Shown here piece by piece: positions 57,966 through 64,000 of a stretch of 64,000 bases of DNA; position 1 is the stretch's first letter; each line of letters begins with the position of its first letter. The stretch comes from an uncultured Solirubrobacterales bacterium (lineage in GTDB: Bacteria > Actinomycetota > Thermoleophilia > Solirubrobacterales > 70-9), in contig CAWCUT010000002.1 of the NCBI GenBank assembly GCA_963798875.1, positions 1-64,000 on the forward strand, written 5' to 3'. Under the pieces are notes generated by a model that ran no database searches, was not told the origin of the DNA, and saw only the letters and a list, made by a program, of their open reading frames with translations. The position numbers and the translations under genes are program-made.

Positions 57966-58037
57966 GGCCATGTCTGTTAGCTTTCTGTGAGCGACGCTCA
58001 CGGAACGCTCAGTCGTGAAGTAGGCGTCGCTTCTTCG

Positions 58038-58550
58038 CATATGGACATCGGCAGCGCCCGCAGCACCCGTACGCCCGCACTCGCGATCGCCCTCGTGGCG
58101 AGCCTGCTCGCGATCCTGGTCGTTGCCGGCGGCGCCGCGGCACGCGGTGGCGGGATCGGCACCGGCGACGGTGGCGGTGGTGGTGGCAAGGGCTCGTGGA
58201 GCGGCAAGCTCAAGGGCGTCTCCCCCTCCTACGCGAAGTTCTCCGGCCTCGTCTCGAAGAAGACGCGGCTCTCGTTGCGCGTGATGGGAGCCTGGTCGCT
58301 CGCCGAGGGCGGGCCCAAGGACAATCCGCTCAACATCGGCCCCGGCAAGCGCTTCGGCACGGTCGGCAAGGGGGCAAGAGCGACCACCAACCTGCTCCAC
58401 GAAGACCGCTATCGCAGGATCCTCCGCAGCCGCAACCTCTCCGACGGCATGCAGATCAAGGCGATCGCCAACTCACCCTGGTGTCCGGGCTGCCACGGCT
58501 ACGGCAAGCTCCTGCACAGCGCCTACAAGCAGGTCAAGGTCAAGCACTGA
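58038..58550 (+). CDS. Hypothetical secreted Gly-rich protein.
   Basis: MDIGSARSTRTPALAIALVASLLAILVVAGGAAA signal. Gly run. C-terminal CPGCHGYGK. ATG at 58038 within track ORF 57987-58550. Confidence 0.4.
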   Translation, partial: HMDIGSARSTRTPALAIALVASLLAILVVAGGAAARGGGIGTGDGGGGGGKGSWSGKLKGVSPSYAKFSGLVSKKTRLSLRVMGAWSLAEGGPKDNPLNIGPGKRFGTVGKGARATTNLLHEDRYRRILRSRNLSDGMQIKAIANSPWCPGCHGYGKLLHSAYKQVKVKH

Positions 58551-59638
58551 GCGCTGGCGGGGTTCTGTCCCCCAGCGGGTGATGGCACGCGGCCCAGTGA
58601 CCCTCGCCGTAGTCGACGAACTCGGGCTCGATCTCCGAGCAGACGTCGGTCGCGTACGGGCAGCGGGTGTGGAAGCGGCAGGCTGAAGGGGGGTTCGCCG
58701 GGCTCGGCACGTCGCCCTCGAGGATCTGATGCGTGCGCTCGCGGTTTGCGCGCGGGTCGGGAATCGGAATCGCGTTGAGCAGCGACTGCGTGTAGGGGTG
58801 GATCGGGTTCGTGTAGACGGCCTCCGCCGGGCCGAGCTCGACGATCTTGCCCAGGTACATGACCGCGATCCGGTCGGCGACGTGGCGGACCACGCCGAGG
58901 TCGTGAGCGACGAAGACGTAGGCGAGGTCGAGATCGTCCTGCAGGTCCTCGAGCAGGTTGATGATCTGCGCCTGGATCGAGACATCGAGCGCCGAGACCG
59001 GCTCGTCGGCGACGATCAGCTTCGGCTTCAGCGCCAGCGCCCGGGCGATGCCGATCCGCTGCCGCTGGCCGCCTGAGAACTCGTGCGGGAAGCGGTTGTA
59101 GTGCTCGGGGCTGAGCCCGACGCGCTCGAGCAGCTCGCCGACCGCCTCCTTGACCCCGTCGTGCTCGACGATGCCGTGCAGGCGCATCGGGTCGCCGACG
59201 ATCTGGGCGACGCGCTTGCGCGGGTTCAGCGAGGCGTAGCGGGTCCTGGAAGATCATCTGCATTCGCGGGCGCAGCTTCCGCATCTCGCTGCCCGACAGT
59301 CCGGTGATCTCGCGGCCTTCGAAGCGGACCGAGCCCGAGGTCGGCTCGAGCAGCTGCAGCACGGTCCGGCTCAGCGTCGACTTGCCGCAGCCGGACTCAC
59401 CGACGAGGCCGAGCGTCTCGCCGGCATTGACCGTGAAGGAGACGTCGTCGACGGCCTGGACCGAGCCGATCTGCTTGTCGAAGATAATCCCGCGGGTGAT
59501 CGGGAAGTGCTTGACGAGGTGGTCGACCTGGAGGATCGGCGTCTCGTCAGCGTGCGGGTTGGCGGCCTTGATCTCGGCGACGTCGACCGAGGTGCCCTCG
59601 CCCTGCTTGATCGGCTCGCCGCCCTCCTGCTCGCTCAC
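58523..59638 (-). CDS. Oligopeptide/dipeptide ABC transporter ATP-binding protein (OppF/DppF-like) with 1 frameshift.
   Basis: Walker [16 protein letters not shown] then frameshift near 59230, then [15 protein letters not shown] (signature), Walker B LIVADEP. C-terminal Cys-rich OppF extension. Confidence 0.7.
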   Translation of the reverse strand: MSEQEGGEPIKQGEGTSVDVAEIKAANPHADETPILQVDHLVKHFPITRGIIFDKQIGSVQAVDDVSFTVNAGETLGLVGESGCGKSTLSRTVLQLLEPTSGSVRFEGREITGLSGSEMRKLRPRMQMIFQDPLRLAEPAQARRPDRRRPDAPARHRRARRGQGGGRRAARARRAQPRALQPLPARVLRRPAAADRHRPGAGAEAEADRRRRAGLGARCLDPGADHQPARGPAGRSRPRLRLRRSRPRRGPPRRRPDRGHVPGQDRRARPGGGRLHEPDPPLHAVAAQRDSDSRPARKPRAHASDPRGRRAEPGEPPFSLPLPHPLPVRDRRLLGDRARVRRLRRGSLGRVPSPAGGQNPASAQCLTLTCL

Positions 59639-60714
59639 GATCCCTCCCCTCCGCTCGCGCTTGCCGTCTCGGCCGACTCAGGCGCCTCGGGCGACTCGAG
59701 CCCGAACTCGCCACCCTCAACCACCCGCAGCTCCTTCTTCTGCTCGGGGTCGAGCCAGCAGCGGTCGAGATGCTCCGGCGCACCGCCGCGGTGCTCGAGC
59801 TCGGGTAGCTGCCGGCACTTGTCGAAGGCGTGCGGGCAGCGGGGCTCGAAGGCGCAGCCGGTTGGCGGCGTGATCAGCGACGGCGGCTGCCCCGCGATCT
59901 GGGCGAGTCGCGCCGTCCGCGCCTGATCGATCCGGGTCAGCGAGCCGAGCAGGCCCCAGCTGTAGGGATGTTGGGGGTCGTAGAAGATGTCGTCGAGGGT
60001 GCCCGACTCGACCACGCGGCCTCCGTACATGACGAGCACGCGGTCGGCGACCTCGGCGATCACGCCGAGGTCGTGGGTGATCATGATCACGGCCATTCCG
60101 AAGCGCTTGCGCAGGCTCTCCAGCAGGCGCAGGATCTGCGCCTGTGTCGTGACATCGAGCGCCGTCGTCGGCTCGTCGGCGATCAGCACCTGGGGATCGT
60201 TGGTCAGCGCCATCGCGATCATCACGCGCTGCCGCATGCCACCGCTGAACTCGTGCGGGTACTCGCCCATGCGGCGCTCGGGGTCGGGGATCCCGACGAG
60301 CCCGAGTAGCTCGACCGCGCGTGCCTCCGCGTCGCCGTCGGAGAGGTTGCGGTGCACCTGGATCGCCTCGACGAGCTGCTTGCCGACCTTGAAGAACGGG
60401 TGCAGAGAGGAGAGCGGGTCCTGGAAGATCATCGAGATGCCGTTGCCGCGGATCGCGCGCAGGTCGTCGTCCTTCAGCGAGATCAGGTCGCGGCCCTCGA
60501 AGTGGGCGGTGCCGGTGATCGTCGTGTTGTCGGCCCGCGTCAGGCCCAGTAGCGAGAGGTTCGTGACGCTCTTGCCGGAGCCCGACTCGCCGACGATGCC
60601 GACGGTCTCCCCGGGCGCGATCTCGAAGCTGACGCCGTTGACCGCCTGCACGACACCGTCCTCGGTCGCGAAGCGGACCTCGAGGTCGGAGACTTTGAGG
60701 ATCGGCTCGCTCAC
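59635..60714 (-). CDS. Oligopeptide/dipeptide ABC transporter ATP-binding protein (OppD/DppD-like).
   Basis: [34 protein letters not shown]. 359 aa, intact. Start overlaps the upstream permease stop. Confidence 0.8.
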   Translation of the reverse strand: MSEPILKVSDLEVRFATEDGVVQAVNGVSFEIAPGETVGIVGESGSGKSVTNLSLLGLTRADNTTITGTAHFEGRDLISLKDDDLRAIRGNGISMIFQDPLSSLHPFFKVGKQLVEAIQVHRNLSDGDAEARAVELLGLVGIPDPERRMGEYPHEFSGGMRQRVMIAMALTNDPQVLIADEPTTALDVTTQAQILRLLESLRKRFGMAVIMITHDLGVIAEVADRVLVMYGGRVVESGTLDDIFYDPQHPYSWGLLGSLTRIDQARTARLAQIAGQPPSLITPPTGCAFEPRCPHAFDKCRQLPELEHRGGAPEHLDRCWLDPEQKKELRVVEGGEFGLESPEAPESAETASASGGEGS

Positions 60715-61706
60715 TCGTACCTCACCCGCGGGTCCAGGTAGGCGTAGGCGACGTCGACGACAAGGTTCAGGATGATGATGAAGAAGGCACCGAACATGGT
60801 GATCCCCTGGATCATCGGCAGGTCGGAGCGGCTGATCGCGTTGAAGGTTTCGAGGCCGAGGCCGGGGATGTTGAAGACGCTCTCGGTGAGGATCGCGTTA
60901 CCGGCCAGGAGCACGGCGACGTCGAGGCCGAGCAGCGTGATGATCGGCGTGATCGCGCTGCGCAAGGCGTGTTTGAGCACGACCGTTCGTTCCGGCACCC
61001 CCTTCGCCCGGGCCGTCCGGATGTAGTCCTGGTCCATCACCTCGAGCATCTGCGAGCGCAGATATCGGGCGTAGATGGCCGCGGTGGCCGCGGCTAATAC
61101 CGCCCAGGGCAAGATCATCGAGCCGACCTTGCCGGCGAAGTCCGTCGCCTGCCCGTAGGAACCGATGCCGGGGAAGATCTTGAAGATGCCGACGTCGTCG
61201 GCAAACAGGTAGAGCGCGACGAGGCCGAGCCAGAAGACCGGGGCCGAGATCAGGATCAGCGACGAGGTCATCGTCGTCCGGTCGAGCAGGGAGCGGCGCT
61301 TGACGGCCGAGATGATGCCGATCGGGATCGCGATCAAGAGCCAGAGGATCGTGGCGCCGATGACGAGCATGGCCGTTGCCGGCAGGTCGCTGAAGATGAC
61401 GTCCTTGACGTCGGCGTTGGACTGGTAGCTGTGGCCGAAATACAGCGGCCCGGTAGCGTCGGTGCCCGGCAGGTCGAGGGGGGTGAAGACGCCCTTGATG
61501 TAGATCCAGAACTGGGTCAGGACCGACTTGTCGAGGCCGAGGGAGTGGCGAATCGCCTCGATCTGATCCTGGTTGGCCTGGCGGCCGGCGCGCAGCTGCG
61601 CGGGGTCGGCCGAGGGGAAGACGTAGAAGAGGACGAAGATGACACCGCTGACGATGATCAACAGCAGGATCGCCCAGAGCAGGCGGCGGATGATGTAGCG
61701 GAGCAT
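60711..61706 (-). CDS. ABC transporter permease (OppB/DppB-like).
   Basis: MLRYIIRRLLWAILLLIIVSGVIFVLF… and EAA-like loop. 331 aa, intact. Confidence 0.8.
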   Translation of the reverse strand: MLRYIIRRLLWAILLLIIVSGVIFVLFYVFPSADPAQLRAGRQANQDQIEAIRHSLGLDKSVLTQFWIYIKGVFTPLDLPGTDATGPLYFGHSYQSNADVKDVIFSDLPATAMLVIGATILWLLIAIPIGIISAVKRRSLLDRTTMTSSLILISAPVFWLGLVALYLFADDVGIFKIFPGIGSYGQATDFAGKVGSMILPWAVLAAATAAIYARYLRSQMLEVMDQDYIRTARAKGVPERTVVLKHALRSAITPIITLLGLDVAVLLAGNAILTESVFNIPGLGLETFNAISRSDLPMIQGITMFGAFFIIILNLVVDVAYAYLDPRVRYE

Positions 61707-61800
61707 CTAGTGCGTCGGGGGGCGGAAGCGGTTTGCATGCCGGGGCCCCGGCCCCCTCGCCGCCGCGGCGGCGAGGGGGCTCGGGTGCCTCAGCGCCCGG

Positions 61801-63607
61801 TCAGGGCTTCAGCGACGTGAACGAGAGATCCCAGTTCGCGTTCGCCTTGTTGACCACGCCGGCGACGTCCGCCGACTGGATGTTGGCCTGGTCATCCCAG
61901 ATGTACGGGATGGCCGGAGCCTGTGCGCTGATCATGTCGTCGACCTGACCCCATGCAGCCGCGCGCTCCTGCGGGTCGGTGACCAACGAGGCCTTGTTGA
62001 TGGCCTTGTTGATCTCCGGCACGTTGAGCTGCGGCCAGTTGGAGTTGTTCTCCGGGACGATGTTCTCCCCGTTGAACGTCGGGTCGAGCATCGACTGGCC
62101 GTCGTTGAAGTCCTTCAGCCAGCCCACGTTCGGGCAGACCTGCGGAGCGTTCGAAGGAACGCTGCAGAACTTCGTGTACATGATGTCGTGCGTGACCTTC
62201 TGCAGGTTGACGTCGAAGCCGAGCTCCTCGAGCTGGCTCTTCGCAACCTCGGCCGTGTCGGACCCGGGTGGCGAGTCGTCGGCGACCATCGTGATCTTGC
62301 AGTCCGAGCCCTCGCACTTACCGCTCGAGAAGCCGGCCTTCTTCATGTAGGAGGCCGCCAGGCTCGGGTCGCCATCCGGATTCTTGGTGAAATCCAGATC
62401 GGGACCCGCGAGGCCACCCGCCTGCTCGAAGCCGGGGAAGTCCGGCGGCAGGTAGTGGGTGGCGACCGGACCGGTCAGCTCACCACCGCGCGTGTTGCGC
62501 AGATCGGTGCGGTTCGCGTTCGCGATCACGGCCTTGCGGACGTTGATGTCGTCGAACGGCGCCTTCTGCGTGTTCAGGGCGATGTAGCGGTTGCCACCGC
62601 TCGGGGTCAGCGTCAGCTGACCCTGCTCACCACTCTGAACCGCCTGCTTGATCGCCGACGGCGGCGTCGTGAAGTCGCCGTTGACGAGGTCGCTGCCGGT
62701 GAGGATCTTCTTCGACGCGGAGACCGTGTCGGCGAAGCCCTCCTGCACCTTGATCTCGTCCAGGTACGCCGGGCGGTAGTCGCCGTCCGGGTTCCAGTTC
62801 GGATTGCGAACCAGGTCGATCGTCTTGTTCGGCGTGTACTGCTTGATCATGTACGGGCCGGTCGCGACCTGGTTCTCACCGTAGGTCGAGGGGTTCTTGG
62901 CGTCGTACTTCTTCGCGTACTCCTCCGGGACCGGGGAGCTGACCGGCAGGGTCAGCGCGCCGATCACGCCCGCCGAGCTCGTCTTCGTGAGCTCGATCTG
63001 CAGCGTCGTGTCGTCCGGTGTAGTGATCCCCTTGATGTCGGGGGCGCCACCGGTCGGGTTGTCCTGAGCCTGCTTGACCGCGTCCTGGATGCCGACGACG
63101 TCCTTCAGGTACGTCTGCACGTAGCCGTTCGGGACACCGGGCAGCAAGCGAGCGCTCGATCGCGTACTTGACGTCGGCCGAGGTGACCGTCCGATTGACC
63201 GGCGGCGAGAACTTGACGTCAGGACGGATCTTGTAGGTGATCGTCTTGCCGTCGTCGCTGACGGTCGGCGCCTCCGCGGCGAGTGCCGGGGTCGGATCCT
63301 CGATGTCGGCGGGCGCGTAGGCCTCGAGCGGAGTCTGCGTCGCCCCATCGATCATGAACGACCACTGGTAATAGGCCGCGCCGGGATCGATGTAGTCGAC
63401 ATCGCTGGCCGCGATCACGGTCAGGGTGCCGCCCTTTTGCGCGTTGTCGGGCGGTGTCGTCGGCGCGGCGTACTTGGACTGTGCGTCCGAGACGCCGCTC
63501 TCGCTACTCGTGCTGCTGCTACTGCCGCTGCTGCCGCAGGCCGCGAGGACCAGCGCGGCGGTCAGCGCCATTCCGGGTATCAAGACCCGGAGCAAGCTTC
63601 GTCGCAT
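61801..63607 (-). CDS. ABC transporter substrate-binding lipoprotein (family 5, OppA/DppA-like) with 1 frameshift.
   Basis: RBS GAAAGGAAG plus ATG. Lipobox LVLAACGSS. SBP_bac_5-like body in two frames (frameshift near 63150). Confidence 0.7.
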
Positions 63608-63666
63608 TGTTCTTCCTTTCGTTCCGGAGACCGGGCTGATACCCGGCTTTTCCTCTCTCTTGTTGT

Positions 63667-64000
63667 TCAAGACTTCCTGCCTCCACGCGGATCGAGCGCG
63701 TCCTGCATCGCATCGCCGATGAAGTTGAAGGCGAGTACGGTGAGGACGAGGGCCACGCCCGGGAACAGCATGTACCACCATGCCTCGCTGAAGATCGGGG
63801 TCGCGTCGGAGATCATCTGCCCCCAGCTCGGCTTGTCGGTGACGCCGACGCCGAGGAAGGAGAGCGCCGCCTCGTAAAGGATCACCTGCGGGATCAGGAC
63901 CGACGCGTAGACGACGATCGGCGCCATCAGGTTCGGCAGCAGCTCACGGAAGATGATCCTCGAGTTCGTCGCGCCGACGGCACGGGCGGATTCGATGAAC
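63667..64000 (-). CDS. ABC transporter permease (OppC/DppC-like), C-terminal part. The gene continues beyond the 3' edge.
   Basis: …EAALSFLGVGVTDKPSWGQMISDATPIFSEAWWYMLFPGVALVLTVLAFNFIGDAMQDALDPR… The upstream portion is read in the reverse frame to the window end (63928-64000: TNSRIIFRELLPNLMAPI…). Confidence 0.7.
   Translation of the reverse strand, partial: FIESARAVGATNSRIIFRELLPNLMAPIVVYASVLIPQVILYEAALSFLGVGVTDKPSWGQMISDATPIFSEAWWYMLFPGVALVLTVLAFNFIGDAMQDALDPRGGRKS

Noticed and set aside
57716-57986. CRISPR array.
   Set aside because: The repeats are imperfect, irregularly spaced and not separated by unique spacers of constant length. No cas genes are nearby.

Overview
This is a high-GC (about 70-72%) actinobacterial-type chromosomal segment with dense coding on both strands; the likely source is a high-GC Actinomycetota genome, possibly Thermoleophilia- or Solirubrobacterales-like, held at low confidence. 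Coordinates are within about ±2 nt. Starts given as approximate (~ or 'approx') are looser; the flagged cases are the serS boundaries, the rhodanese start and the SPFH end.

Genes I can support, in order:
- A DesA3-like membrane desaturase (partial at the 5' edge) with its FNR/2Fe-2S oxidoreductase partner.
- A DsbA-like protein, a secreted Vgb-like beta-propeller protein, and an NlpC/P60 peptidase preceded by a ydaO-type c-di-AMP riboswitch.
- A bacterial type IB topoisomerase, an NmrA/SDR-like protein, an SRPBCC protein and heme A synthase CtaA.
- A frameshifted alpha/beta hydrolase and a frameshifted hybrid PAS sensor kinase.
- An ancient, partly decayed segmental duplication (ATP-grasp, GGDEF, thioesterase). 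It flanks a roughly 1.5 kb lower-GC island that encodes three small secreted proteins.
- msrB, NfeD and SPFH, serS, a cytochrome c, a flavin reductase and an FHA protein.
- A complex I operon broken into three blocks (nuoABCDE, nuoF, nuoGH).
  - The first gap holds a sulfide and persulfide detoxification cluster: SQR, rhodanese, DsbA and VKOR, ArsR, MMPL, an MBL-rhodanese persulfide dioxygenase, and TauE.
  - The second gap holds a KcsA-like potassium channel, a ClC channel, and a putative stress regulon (duplicated DUF membrane proteins, SHOCT, glutamate decarboxylase, DUF2252, AhpD-like, DUF4239) around a LAL/LuxR regulator. Four of these genes carry the same 17-bp palindrome TCACCC-N5-GGGTGA upstream.
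- A dipeptide/oligopeptide ABC transporter operon at the 3' end.

Many genes, including essential ones (nuoE, nuoG, serS), carry apparent frameshifts. I read this as a consensus-quality problem or genuine gene decay, and I flag it rather than resolve it.

I found no rRNA, tRNA, CRISPR array, transposase or integrase.
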